NCBI GenBank assembly: GCA_965204375.1
Contig: OZ241986.1
Location: 3,712,001 to 3,776,000 of the forward strand
Direction: 5' to 3'
Length of the DNA stretch: 64,000 bases
Source of the DNA: Candidatus Latescibacterota bacterium
Lineage (GTDB): Bacteria; Latescibacterota; UBA2968
Under the pieces are notes generated by a model. That model had not been told where the DNA came from. It was given only the letters and a program-made list of their open reading frames with translations, and made no database searches. Both the position numbers and the translations under genes were made by a program. The first letter of the stretch is position 1. Every line of letters starts with the position of its first letter. Positions 39,651 to 49,707 of this stretch are shown one piece after another.

Positions 39651-39894
39651 ACGCGCAGTCCTATTCGGCTCTTTGTCCCGCGGTGATGCTGTTCCCGGAA
39701 GTGACGCCGATGTGTTGCTGGTGCTGCGAGAAAGTGCGCTATCTTTTCGAGAACGCAGTGCCTATTATATCCCCAAAAATATCGGGATCGGCGTAGATAT
39801 TTTTGCGTACACGCGTTCCGAACTGGACGCGATGCGAATATCTAAAAATGCCTTTGTCCTTCAAGCACTAAAAGAAGGAATGGATCTGATTTAA
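39424..39894 (+). CDS. Minimal nucleotidyltransferase (MNT) partner of HEPN; true start uncertain
   Basis: LFGSLSRGDAVPGSDADVLLV, VDIFAYT..E. Confidence 0.8.
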   Translation: MRQKSWTNIISQRDIPIRILRAHHLNTIRKERRIVLYQTPKKSSPSVRVFYLNRPKTIQRIRKAMKKLKIQHPEIERAVLFGSLSRGDAVPGSDADVLLVLRESALSFRERSAYYIPKNIGIGVDIFAYTRSELDAMRISKNAFVLQALKEGMDLI

Positions 39895-39954
39895 AAGCCT
39901 ATTCGTCAAACCAAAAAAGTGTTCCATAGAAAGCCCTTCCCGTCAGGAGGAAAC

Positions 39955-41298
39955 ATGGCAGATGATATAAAAGCTGCGGCGAGAACTGCGCGGCAGGCTG
40001 CACTCACATTGAGTCAGACCACGGAAAAACAGCGCAATGCCGCGCTTGAAGCTATAGCACAGGCATTGCACGTAAATCGCGACCGCATATTAGACGCCAA
40101 CAAACGCGATCAGGCAGCCGCAGAAAAAATGCTGGTACAGGGAGAAATCACCCCCCCGCTAATCAAGCGCCTGAAAGTAGATGATGAAAAGCTGGACAGT
40201 GAAATAATAGTTGGCGTTCGCAGTGTCGCAGCCCAGGAAGACCCCATTGGCAAAACGCAGACCGCGACCGAATTGGACGAAGGCCTGAACCTCTATCGCG
40301 TAACCGTCCCAATCGGCGTCATAGGCGTGGTCTTTGAATCGCGCCCCGACGCGCTGGTGCAAATCGCGACCCTGTGTCTAAAATCGGGCAATGCCATCAT
40401 GCTCAAAGGCGGCAGCGAAGCATTTCATACCAACCGCGCACTGGCCGAAATCCTGGTCGCTGCAACGGCTGACCTGGACGGCATCCCCGAAGGGTGGATG
40501 CACCTTTTAGAAGCGCGAGAAGAAGTCGCGGGCATTCTCGAATTACACGACCTCATCGACCTGATCATCCCGCGCGGCGGCAATAAACTCGTACAGCACA
40601 TCATGAACAACACCAAAATCCCCGTCATGGGGCATGCCGACGGCATCTGCCATGTGTACGTGGATAAGGCAGCGGATATAGAACGCGCAAAGCGCATTGC
40701 ACTCGATGCCAAAGTGCAATATGTGTCGGTGTGCAATGCTGTGGAAACCCTGCTCGTGCATCGGGATATCGCATCAACTTTTGTGCCGGAGATGGTGAAC
40801 ATTTACCGGGACGCCGATGTGGAAGTGCGCGGCGATGCGGCTGTTCTTGAACTGAGCGAAGGGGTGCTTCCCGCCACTGAAACCGATTGGCGCACCGAAT
40901 ATCTCGATATGATTATTTCTGTAAAAATTGTGGATAATTTGAACGAAGCAATCGCCCACATCAACGAATACAGCAGCCATCACACCGACTCAATCGTAAC
41001 CGAAAACCAGCAAGCCGCGCAGAGATTTTTGCAAGCCGTGGATTCGGCATCCGTCATACACAATGCGTCAACCCGATTTGCCGACGGATTTCGCTATGGC
41101 CTCGGCGCCGAAGTGGGCATCAGCACCAACCGCCTGCACAGCCGCGGTCCCGTCGGCCTCGAAGGCCTCGTCATCTACAAATATGTAGTAACAGGTGACG
41201 GACATATTGCGGACGATTACATCGGCGAAAATGCCAGAACATTTACACATCGCAAACTGGATCGCGGATTACATGGATTACGCGGATGGCGCGGATGA
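39955..41298 (+). CDS. proA: Gamma-glutamyl phosphate reductase
   Basis: PIGVIGVVFESRP, LKGGSEA, IIPRGG, GICHVY, CNAVET, NASTRFADG, GAEVGIST..LHSRGPVGL. Confidence 0.95.
   Translation: MADDIKAAARTARQAALTLSQTTEKQRNAALEAIAQALHVNRDRILDANKRDQAAAEKMLVQGEITPPLIKRLKVDDEKLDSEIIVGVRSVAAQEDPIGKTQTATELDEGLNLYRVTVPIGVIGVVFESRPDALVQIATLCLKSGNAIMLKGGSEAFHTNRALAEILVAATADLDGIPEGWMHLLEAREEVAGILELHDLIDLIIPRGGNKLVQHIMNNTKIPVMGHADGICHVYVDKAADIERAKRIALDAKVQYVSVCNAVETLLVHRDIASTFVPEMVNIYRDADVEVRGDAAVLELSEGVLPATETDWRTEYLDMIISVKIVDNLNEAIAHINEYSSHHTDSIVTENQQAAQRFLQAVDSASVIHNASTRFADGFRYGLGAEVGISTNRLHSRGPVGLEGLVIYKYVVTGDGHIADDYIGENARTFTHRKLDRGLHGLRGWRG
41259..41296. repeat. 9-bp-period GGATnnnnn tandem repeat at the proA 3' end
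   Basis: GGAT at 41266, 41275, 41284, 41293. Confidence 0.6.
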
Positions 41299-41367
41299 AT
41301 GAGGACAATGAAATTGCAAGTGGATGGTGTGGCGTCCGGAATAATAACTCAAATAAAAGGGAATATC

Positions 41368-44223
41368 ATGATCAGGAACTACTTTATCCTCCTTTGCTGC
41401 GCGTGTGTCATAACCTCGTGTGCAACAACGCAGACAGAAGTTGAAACACCTCAACCACCAGTTCCCCAACCGCCACCATCACCCACCCTACCCATCGATC
41501 CTGCTGTGCGAACGGGCAAACTGGCAAATGGGCTTCGCTACGTAATCCGGGAAAACAAACGACCGGAAAACCGCGCCGAATTGCGCCTCGTCGTCAATGC
41601 GGGATCCATTCTGGAAGACGAAGACCAGCAGGGACTGGCGCACTTTGCCGAACACATGGCATTTAATGGCACGGCCAACTTTCCCAAACAGGAAATAATC
41701 GATTTTCTCGAAAGTATTGGCATGCGCTTTGGCGCGCACTTAAATGCCTACACGAGTTTTGACGAGACCGTCTATATGCTGCGCGTGCCCACAGACAGCA
41801 CCGAAGTAATGGAAAAAGCATTTCGCATTATGGGCGACTGGGCGCATCGGGTAAAATTTGATCCCGAAGAAATCGAAAAAGAAAGAGGCGTGGTCATAGA
41901 AGAATGGCGTTCGGGACGCGGAGCCAGAGCGCGCATGCGCGACAAACAATTGCCGATCTTACTCAAAGACTCGCGTTATGCCGAGCGTTTGCCCATCGGA
42001 CAAAAAGCACTGCTCGACACATTCAAGCACGAATCCCTCACGCGCTTTTATCGCGACTGGTATCGCCCCGACCTCATGGCAGTCATCGCAGTGGGAGACT
42101 TTGAAACAGACGCGATTGAAACCCTGATCAAAAAGACCTTTGAACCAATTCCAAAAACAGAGAACCCACGCGCGCGAACCACTTATACGGTTCCCGACCA
42201 CGGTGAAACCCTGTTTGCGATTACAACCGACCCGGAAAATTCTCAATCTTCCATCGATATCTATTTTATGCAAGATGTCGCGCCCGAAGGAACAGTAGAA
42301 GATTATCGCAGCATGCTCATTCGCAACATGTTCAACAGCATGCTCAATCAGCGATTCAGAGAAATAACCAAAAAACCCGATCCGCCATTTCTGGGCGCAG
42401 GCTCCGGCCGCGGAAACCTCGTCAGAACCAAAGCCGCATACATCCTGGGCGCAGGCGTCAAAGAAGGGGGAATTGAACGCGGACTGGAAGCCGTCTTAAC
42501 CGAAGCCATTCGCGTCCAACGCCACGGATTTACGCAACCCGAAGTAGATCGCTTAAAAACCAACATGTTGCGCAGCATTGAACAATCTTATCGCGAACGC
42601 GACAGGCGCCGTTCGCGCGGTTTTGCATCGGAATACATCCGTCACATATTGACAGGCGAACCCATTCCGGGCATTGAAATCGAACGCGATTTATTTCGTG
42701 AACTACTCCCCGGCATTCAAGTCGAAGAAATCAACCGCCTCGTCGGCGAATGGATCACCGACAAAAACCGCGTCATCGTAGTCAGCGCACCCGAGAAAGA
42801 TGGCCTACCTGTACCATCCGAAGCGGACTTGTTAAACATAATCAACGAAGTCCAACAAAAAGATGTGGAACCCTATGAGGAAGATGTATCCGACGATCCC
42901 CTCATCGCGAATATCCCGACACCCGGAAAGGTCGTAAGCGAAACCACCATTGACACATTTAACGTCACCGAGTGGAAATTGAGCAATGGAGTAAAAGTCG
43001 TCATGAAGCCCACGGACTTCAAAAACGACGAAATCCTGTTCACATCCTTCAGCCCGGGCGGGCATTCTCTATCAAGCGATGAAAACTACATGGCGGCATC
43101 CACAGCGACATCAGCCATAATGGAAAGCGGTCTGGGAAAATTCAATCAAATTGAACTCAATAAAAAACTCGCTGGCAAAGTCGTGCGCGTATCGCCCCGC
43201 ATCAGCAGCCTCAGCGAAGGCGTATCGGGCAGCGCGTCTCCCGAAGACATAGAAACCATGTTTCAACTCATCTATCTCATCTTCACAGAACCGCGTGCAG
43301 ACTCTCTGGCATTTCAAGCACTACTGGACCGCTATCGAGGCATGTTGCAAAACCGGGATATGAGACCAACGACAGCGTATTCCGATACGATTCAAGTTAC
43401 CATGTCCCAATACCACTTCAGATCGCGCCCGCTATCAAACGAAATACTGGAGGAAATGGACCTGCAAAAATCGCTGGCATTTTACAAAGACCGATTTGCC
43501 GATGCCAGTGACTTCACATTCGTATTTGTCGGCAACTTTGAGCCAGAAAAAATAAAACCACTAATAGAAACCTATCTCGGCGGATTGCCCGCACTCAACC
43601 GCGGAGAAACCTGGCGCGACACAGGCGTCAGAGCACCAAAAGGCGTCATTGAAAAAACCGTGAAACGGGGACAGGAACCCAAAAGTAGCACACGGCTGAT
43701 CTTCACCGGGTCTATTGATTACAACGATCGATTCAGGCGGTATGTCTTTGGCTCAATGGGCGATGTCTTGCAGATAAAACTTCGGGAAGTACTCCGAGAA
43801 GATGAAGGCGGCACGTACGGCGTTGGCGTGCGCACATCTCTTTCGCGTTGGCCCGAAGGCCGATACAGCATCTCAATTAGCTTTGGATGCGATCCCGAAC
43901 GGTTGGAAGAATTGACACAACTCGTCTTTGCCCAAATTGACAGCATGAAACAAAAACCCGTCGAACAATCCTACATCGGCAAAGTGACCGAAATGGATCT
44001 GCGGGGTCGGGAGACCAATAAAAAAGAAAATAGCTACTGGCGCAGAACGCTAAGCTCGTATTACCAGAATGAGAGGGACTTGATGGCGTGGTTGACTTAT
44101 GAAGACGAAGTCATCAAAAAACTCACAGCAGAACATGTCCAAAAAGCAACACAGCAATACTTCAACATGGAAAACTACGCGCGATTCGTCCTGTTACCAG
44201 AAGAAGGAATGGCGGAAAAATGA
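41368..44223 (+). CDS. pqqL: M16 family zinc protease (PqqL-like), probable lipoprotein
   Basis: Lipobox-like VITSC; GLAHFAEHMAFNGT (HxxEH), NAYTSFDETVY, LREDEGGTY. Confidence 0.88.
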   Translation: MIRNYFILLCCACVITSCATTQTEVETPQPPVPQPPPSPTLPIDPAVRTGKLANGLRYVIRENKRPENRAELRLVVNAGSILEDEDQQGLAHFAEHMAFNGTANFPKQEIIDFLESIGMRFGAHLNAYTSFDETVYMLRVPTDSTEVMEKAFRIMGDWAHRVKFDPEEIEKERGVVIEEWRSGRGARARMRDKQLPILLKDSRYAERLPIGQKALLDTFKHESLTRFYRDWYRPDLMAVIAVGDFETDAIETLIKKTFEPIPKTENPRARTTYTVPDHGETLFAITTDPENSQSSIDIYFMQDVAPEGTVEDYRSMLIRNMFNSMLNQRFREITKKPDPPFLGAGSGRGNLVRTKAAYILGAGVKEGGIERGLEAVLTEAIRVQRHGFTQPEVDRLKTNMLRSIEQSYRERDRRRSRGFASEYIRHILTGEPIPGIEIERDLFRELLPGIQVEEINRLVGEWITDKNRVIVVSAPEKDGLPVPSEADLLNIINEVQQKDVEPYEEDVSDDPLIANIPTPGKVVSETTIDTFNVTEWKLSNGVKVVMKPTDFKNDEILFTSFSPGGHSLSSDENYMAASTATSAIMESGLGKFNQIELNKKLAGKVVRVSPRISSLSEGVSGSASPEDIETMFQLIYLIFTEPRADSLAFQALLDRYRGMLQNRDMRPTTAYSDTIQVTMSQYHFRSRPLSNEILEEMDLQKSLAFYKDRFADASDFTFVFVGNFEPEKIKPLIETYLGGLPALNRGETWRDTGVRAPKGVIEKTVKRGQEPKSSTRLIFTGSIDYNDRFRRYVFGSMGDVLQIKLREVLREDEGGTYGVGVRTSLSRWPEGRYSISISFGCDPERLEELTQLVFAQIDSMKQKPVEQSYIGKVTEMDLRGRETNKKENSYWRRTLSSYYQNERDLMAWLTYEDEVIKKLTAEHVQKATQQYFNMENYARFVLLPEEGMAEK

Positions 44224-44927
44224 CCATAGACGCCGACATGAACCGCTTGAAAAACGCCACCTATCCCGGTCGTGGCATTGTAATAGGACAAACTCCTGAT
44301 ACCTCATGTATGGTTCAGATCTACTGGATCATGGGCCGCAGTCCCAGCAGTCGCAACCGCGTATTTGTGCGCGAAGGCGACGCGGTTAAAACCGACACCG
44401 TGGATAAATCCCAGGATGTAGATCCACTAACCCTGTACTATCCCATCAAAGTACTGGGCGATGCGCATATCGTCACAAATGGCGACCAGACCGACACCAT
44501 CGTCCAGGCCCTGCAAAACGGCGGCTCGTTTGAATCCGCCCTGAAAACGCGCACTTATGAACCCGATGCTCCCAATTTTACACCGCGCATCTCTGGCCTT
44601 ACCGACCTGGGCGATTCCCGGGCCTATCGACTATCAGTCTTAAAAACCGTTGGCGGTGATGCGCGCTATTGCTCGCGCCAATTCTTCGACTATGAAACCG
44701 CGATTCCCGGCACGGGCCACTGTATTACAACATACACGGACGACGGCAACCCCTTGCCCTCATTCAAAGGAGAACCGTATGCCGTCGAATTATTCGACGA
44801 CATACAGCAAACCGCCAATGTATTCTGGAACCTGTTAGACGAAGACAATCGCGTCTCGCTACTCGTAAAATTCATCCATTCCGAAACCTCTGATCTGGTA
44901 ATCGTGAACAAATACGGATCAGGATGA
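44220..44927 (+). CDS. PurO-type (Ntn-fold) IMP cyclohydrolase-like protein
   Basis: YPGRGIVIG, YWIMGRS.SSRNR, IVTNGDQTD, YEPDAPNFTPRISG. Confidence 0.85.
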   Translation: MTIDADMNRLKNATYPGRGIVIGQTPDTSCMVQIYWIMGRSPSSRNRVFVREGDAVKTDTVDKSQDVDPLTLYYPIKVLGDAHIVTNGDQTDTIVQALQNGGSFESALKTRTYEPDAPNFTPRISGLTDLGDSRAYRLSVLKTVGGDARYCSRQFFDYETAIPGTGHCITTYTDDGNPLPSFKGEPYAVELFDDIQQTANVFWNLLDEDNRVSLLVKFIHSETSDLVIVNKYGSG

Positions 44928-45080
44928 AAGGATTAAAGGATTTTCAGGATTAAAAACCCGTAATACAGGTTAGGATAAAAAATTCGTAGATGAAAGGCAC
45001 AAGCACAGCCTACCAGTCTGCCATCTGCACAGGCAGGAAACGGAGAGAAGCAAGGATTAAAGGATTTTCAGGATTAAAAA
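44928..45080. repeat. Two identical 29-bp direct repeats separated by 95 bp
   Basis: AAGGATTAAAGGATTTTCAGGATTAAAAA at 44928-44956 and 45052-45080. Confidence 0.85.
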
Positions 45081-45101
45081 ACTGCAGGAAGGAGCACCTC
45101 T

Positions 45102-46199
45102 ATGGAACCAATCAAATACGGTATGTTCATCATGCCCTTCCACGCCCCGGACAAACCGTTGAGTCAGGGATTTGACGAGGATCTGGAGCTCGTTGTCAAA
45201 GCCGAGGAACTGGGCTTTGATGAATTTTGGATCGGCGAACACCACACCATGAAATACGAGACCATTGTCACGCCCGAAATTTTCATCGGACGCGCCCTGG
45301 GTGAGACCCAGAACATCCGCCTGGGACCGGCACCGGTCTGTTTGAACCTGCACCACCCCGCCTATGTGGCCAGTCGTCTATCTTTTTTGGATCACCTATC
45401 CAAAGGCCGACTCAACCTGTGCTTTGGCCCGGGCAGTGTCACCTCAGACCAGGAACTGTACGGCCTGGATCCCAAATCGGGCGGTGCAATGACCGGGGAA
45501 GCCATTGACGCCATCCTCAACTTGTGGACATCGGATCCGCCCTACGAGCACCGGGGGAAATACTGGCAATTCCAGCTCAAAGACAATATTGACGAAGAAA
45601 CCCTGATCGGCTTCATCCACAAACCCCTGCAACAGCCCCACCCGCCCATCGCCATGCCGGGAATGAGCCGCAATTCACACAGCATGCAAACCGCTGGCGA
45701 GCGCGGCTTCCAGCCCTTTTCCGCCTGCCTGATATCGGGCAACGTGGTAGCCGACAACTGGCAGATCTATGAGCAGAGTGCCCTGCAAGCGGGACGGCAA
45801 CCGCAGCGAACCGACTGGAAAATCGCCCGTTCAATCTTTCTCGCCGACACCACAGCCGAAGCCGTAAAAAAGGCGCAGAACAATTCCCTGGCAAAAAATT
45901 ACGAATACATCGGGCGTCTATTCGACAAGGGCCTGGGGCGCCAGGTGTACAAGCGCGACTTGGACATGCCCGACTCCGAGTGCAATCTGGACTATTTGAT
46001 GACCGAACAAATCATCGCTGGCGACGTCGATGAAGCACTGCGTCGCTTGCTGGCTCTGTTCGAGGAAACCGGACCCTTTGGCACTCTGGTGCTCATGGGC
46101 TATGACTGGGACGACAAAGATAGTTGGGTGTACAGCATGGAATTATTCGCCCGTGAACTAATGCCAGCATTGAACAAGGCAGTGGGCGCGGTACCTTAG
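45102..46199 (+). CDS. LLM-class flavin-dependent monooxygenase
   Basis: MFIMPFH, LGFDEFWIGEHH, HHPAYVA...LDHLSKGR, QQPHPPIA. Confidence 0.88.
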   Translation: MEPIKYGMFIMPFHAPDKPLSQGFDEDLELVVKAEELGFDEFWIGEHHTMKYETIVTPEIFIGRALGETQNIRLGPAPVCLNLHHPAYVASRLSFLDHLSKGRLNLCFGPGSVTSDQELYGLDPKSGGAMTGEAIDAILNLWTSDPPYEHRGKYWQFQLKDNIDEETLIGFIHKPLQQPHPPIAMPGMSRNSHSMQTAGERGFQPFSACLISGNVVADNWQIYEQSALQAGRQPQRTDWKIARSIFLADTTAEAVKKAQNNSLAKNYEYIGRLFDKGLGRQVYKRDLDMPDSECNLDYLMTEQIIAGDVDEALRRLLALFEETGPFGTLVLMGYDWDDKDSWVYSMELFARELMPALNKAVGAVP

Positions 46200-46208
46200 A
46201 GGCCAAAA

Positions 46209-46916
46209 ATGACAATCAAAGCATTGACATTTGACGTATTCGGCACAGTCGTTGATTGGCGCAGTTCGGTCATCCGCGACGGCGAGCGATTGGGCGAACG
46301 CATGGGATTGGATGTGGATTGGGCCGCATTTGCCGATGCGTGGCGCGGGGGCTATGGTCCGTCGATGAACCGCGTGCGCACGGGCGAATTGCCCTGGACA
46401 AAAATCGACGACCTGCACCGCATGATCCTGGACGAACTCATAGAAAAATTCGGCATCTCGGGATTATCCGAAGAAGAAATCGCGGACTTCAATCGCGTCT
46501 GGCATCGCCTTGCCCCCTGGCCCGATGCCGCAGGCGGCTTATGGCGGTTAAAATCGCGGTACCTGATCGCCACACTATCCAACGGCAATGTATCGCTACT
46601 CGCCAACATGGCAAAATACGGCGGACTGCCCTGGGATTGCATCTTCTCAGCCGAATTGGCCGGGCATTACAAACCCGACGCCGAGACCTATTTGAAAGCC
46701 ATCGAACTGCTCAGTTGTGAACCCCATGAAGTCATGATGGTCGCCGCTCATCAGGGCGACCTGCACCACGCAGCGCGCGTCGGCATGAAAACGGCTTATG
46801 TATTCCGACCCCTCGAACGGGGACCCAACGCAAAAAAAGATCTACCCCCCGATTTGGACTTTGACATCATAGCCCATGATTTTCACGACCTCGCCGATCA
46901 ACTGGGGTGTTATTAA
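46209..46916 (+). CDS. Haloacid dehalogenase type II
   Basis: FDVFGTVVDW, LSNGN, YKPD, MVAAH..D. Confidence 0.88.
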   Translation: MTIKALTFDVFGTVVDWRSSVIRDGERLGERMGLDVDWAAFADAWRGGYGPSMNRVRTGELPWTKIDDLHRMILDELIEKFGISGLSEEEIADFNRVWHRLAPWPDAAGGLWRLKSRYLIATLSNGNVSLLANMAKYGGLPWDCIFSAELAGHYKPDAETYLKAIELLSCEPHEVMMVAAHQGDLHHAARVGMKTAYVFRPLERGPNAKKDLPPDLDFDIIAHDFHDLADQLGCY

Positions 46917-46918
46917 AA

Positions 46919-47653
46919 ATGAAACTCACCGATTTCAAAGTCCTGACATTCGATTGCTATGGCACACTCATCGACTGGGAAACCGGGATGATCAAAGGGC
47001 TGGAGCCGCTTCTATCAAAAGTCGAACGAAAAGTGTCGCGCAATGAAATCCTTCAAGCGCACGCGCGACACGAATCAACGCAACAAACCTGGACGCCGGG
47101 CATGCGCTATTCCGAACTCCTCGCCATCGTATATAAACGCCTCGCCGAAGAATGGGGCGTCGCCGTCGCGCCCGATGAATGCGCCGCATACGGCCAATCG
47201 ATAAAACAATGGCCTGCGTTTTCCGATTCTCCCGACGCACTGCAATATCTCAAAAAGCACTACAAGCTCGCAATCCTGTCCAACGTAGATAACAACAGCT
47301 TCAAATACAGCAACGACCGTCTCGGTGTCGAGTTTGACGCAATATACACGGCTGAAGACATAGGATCGTACAAACCTGCGGATCGAAACTTCAAATACAT
47401 GCTGGAACACCTCAAATCGCTCGGCATTGAAAAATCGGAAATTCTACACACCGCAGAAAGCTTATACCACGACCACATTCCGGCAAACAAAAACGGACTC
47501 GCCTCTTGCTGGATCTACAGACGCTCCAATGAAGAAGGCTTCGGCGCGACCATAGACCCAGGCGAAATGCCAAACTACGATTTTCAATTCAATAGCATGG
47601 CCGATCTCGTAAAAGCGCATCAGGAGACTTTTTCAACAACTCCCAATGTTTAA
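46919..47653 (+). CDS. Haloacid dehalogenase type II (second subfamily)
   Basis: FDCYGTLIDWE, LSNVD, SYKP, HTAESLYHD. Confidence 0.88.
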   Translation: MKLTDFKVLTFDCYGTLIDWETGMIKGLEPLLSKVERKVSRNEILQAHARHESTQQTWTPGMRYSELLAIVYKRLAEEWGVAVAPDECAAYGQSIKQWPAFSDSPDALQYLKKHYKLAILSNVDNNSFKYSNDRLGVEFDAIYTAEDIGSYKPADRNFKYMLEHLKSLGIEKSEILHTAESLYHDHIPANKNGLASCWIYRRSNEEGFGATIDPGEMPNYDFQFNSMADLVKAHQETFSTTPNV

Positions 47654-47669
47654 AACAACTTATAAGTGA

Positions 47670-47957
47670 TCAAATAGGTGTCGCGTGCAACCGAAAGCCC
47701 AATGCGTGTATAACCTTGAGCACGGTGGCAAAACCCGGATTCCCGTCAGGCGACAATGCTTTGTAGAGACTTGTGCGTCCGAGACCTGTTTCACGGGCAA
47801 TTTGCGTCATACCTTTGGCGCATGCGATATCGCCTAAGGCAGCAGTGATTAAACTGGGATCGCCATCCTCAAGCACGGCTTCGAGGTACGCGGCGATATC
47901 TTCTTTGGTCTTCAGATGGGTCGCAGCATTCCAGGGATGTGTTTTCGTCTTTCCCAT
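47670..47957 (-). CDS. Addiction-module antidote protein (HI1420-like HTH)
   Basis: EDIAAYLEA, ALGDIA.AKGMTQIARETGLGRTSLYKALS..GNP.F.TVLKV. Confidence 0.88.
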   Translation of the reverse strand: MGKTKTHPWNAATHLKTKEDIAAYLEAVLEDGDPSLITAALGDIACAKGMTQIARETGLGRTSLYKALSPDGNPGFATVLKVIHALGFRLHATPI

Positions 47958-47987
47958 GATTATCTCCTCTTCATTCCGGAAAGAACG

Positions 47988-48899
47988 TCACACATCATCT
48001 AACGTGCGTTCAAATGCTTCGAGATTGGTAGCCTGAATTGCCGCACGAAGCAACTGCTTCAGACGTTGCAAATCGTCAATGGTGGCAATGCGATCAGATA
48101 TAGGATGCGCCTTGTCTAGACCAAATCGAATCTCCAATACATCGAGAATATCTTCAATGGCGCGTTCTCTTTCTCCCTGCTGAATCCATTGTTCTTTGTT
48201 TTCCTCAATCTCTTGCTCAATGAGGTATTGGGCAAATGAGGATTCGCGGATGAGATCCATCAATCCCTCCTTTGAAATAAGGTTCGCAATCATTTCTCGA
48301 TCATGCACCAACCCACCCAAAACTGATAGACCTGCGAGAAAATCGCCCTTGGCAGATTCATCCAGCGGCAGGTCAGTCGCACAGTCAACACACGCACCAA
48401 ACCACGACTCCGAACCCATCCCTTCAGGCGGCTTCATCAATGATGCAAAGGGTATCAAGCCCGAATGGTCTGTATCAAGAACGCGCTGTCCTTCTACCTC
48501 TATCAGTCTGATCACCTTGTATTGGATAATGAACTGACAGCCAAAACGCGACTGGATGTGGTATCCCGGATCGTTCTGTCCGGCATCGGGACGCAAGTAA
48601 ATGACAGCAGAATGGAAGGGCAGATCATATTGCTCAATGGCGCGACCGATGTACCCAGCCATACGACGCGGCATGGGCGGATTCGTGCTGTCGGCGGTTT
48701 GAAATTCATAGTGAATCAATACTTCTTCTTCGCCGATTCGCGCACGGATCAAGCTATCCGTGCGGCGTGCATCAATATTGGGTTGCTCTGTATCGAGGAG
48801 TGCGAGAAATTCGACATCGTCCCGTTCGAGTGTGAAGCGTATAAAATCCTGAGGATAGGTCTGGATGAGACGTTTGGAGATGGTATCGTATTTTCCCAT
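47988..48899 (-). CDS. Rpn/YhgA-like recombination-promoting nuclease / putative transposase family
   Basis: YDTISK, DSL...LIHYEFQT...MPRRMAGY, VIYL; C-terminal QQGE...ILDVLEIRFG. Confidence 0.75.
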   Translation of the reverse strand: MGKYDTISKRLIQTYPQDFIRFTLERDDVEFLALLDTEQPNIDARRTDSLIRARIGEEEVLIHYEFQTADSTNPPMPRRMAGYIGRAIEQYDLPFHSAVIYLRPDAGQNDPGYHIQSRFGCQFIIQYKVIRLIEVEGQRVLDTDHSGLIPFASLMKPPEGMGSESWFGACVDCATDLPLDESAKGDFLAGLSVLGGLVHDREMIANLISKEGLMDLIRESSFAQYLIEQEIEENKEQWIQQGERERAIEDILDVLEIRFGLDKAHPISDRIATIDDLQRLKQLLRAAIQATNLEAFERTLDDV

Positions 48900-49138
48900 G
48901 CTGGTTGCCCTGGACTGGAGGTTGATCTGCTTTAGAACATGCAACAGTCAGACCTTGAGCAAAAAGCGAGCCAGAAAACGCCATCATCCAAAAATTGAGC
49001 CACATATTGTGAAAAAGAAGCGCAAACATCTCATTTTTTTGAAATATGCAGTATTGCGCTCGTATCTACAACCCAAATTTAAGCCTCATATCGAAAAATA
49101 AAGGCGGATTGGAACGCGCCGGATATGCAACAGTGAAC

Positions 49139-49330
49139 ATTTTGATCCATTGCCAATTTAAAAGTTGAAATCATTGCGCCCTACAAAGGAGATTGCGCGA
49201 GAAGCGACTCAGTGCTTCAAGGACATTACGCAGAAGGCGAGTAAGAACCCAATGCCTATCCGTCCTGCGCCATATCGGGGCGAAGAAACCATCATCCTGA
49301 AAACAGCGGACGCTTTAGTACGGGACTAAA
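49139..49330 (+). pseudogene. Internally deleted duplicate of the ceramidase-like locus at 53968-55363
   Basis: Consecutive matches to 53968-54038, 54141-54158 and 55250-55363. Confidence 0.8.
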
Positions 49331-49449
49331 ACTGTATAACATCAGCTAATATCATTCTTGCCCCGAAAAATTATGCAACTATTTTTTTGACATTGTAGGA
49401 ATAGTGTCCCCGGGTAGAATATTATCACGAGGCAGACTCTTGCTGCCCC

Positions 49450-49707
49450 TTTCCCAAAAAGCACCGCAGACGCATCCGGACGACCAACCTGTTGGAACGA
49501 CTCAACCGAGAGATCAAAAGACGGGCTGATGTGGTGCAGATCTTCCCCAATCAGGAGGCTTGTCAACGCCTTATAGGCGCGTTGTGTATGGAGTGGTCTG
49601 AAGAGTGGATCACGGGCAGACGCTATCTGGACATGAGGTATTTGAAATAAAAGCTCTGACCCCTATATCACGGAGCTACCTTTTTACAGAACTTTTGGGA
49701 CTTGACC
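49450..49707 (+). mobile_element. IS256-family transposase C-terminal remnant with right end
   Basis: FPKKHRRRIRTTNLLERLNREIKRRADVVQIFPN...W..GRRYL (TAA 49648-49650); end TTTACAGAACTTTTGGGACTTGACC. Confidence 0.85.

Noticed and set aside
44928-45080. Possible mini-CRISPR (29-bp repeat x2)
   Set aside because: Only two copies, a 95-bp spacer, internally periodic non-palindromic repeat and no cas genes
48865-49101. Short ORFs upstream of the Rpn-like gene, and 49342-49566
   Set aside because: No RBS or motifs; 49342-49566 is the antisense of the IS256 remnant
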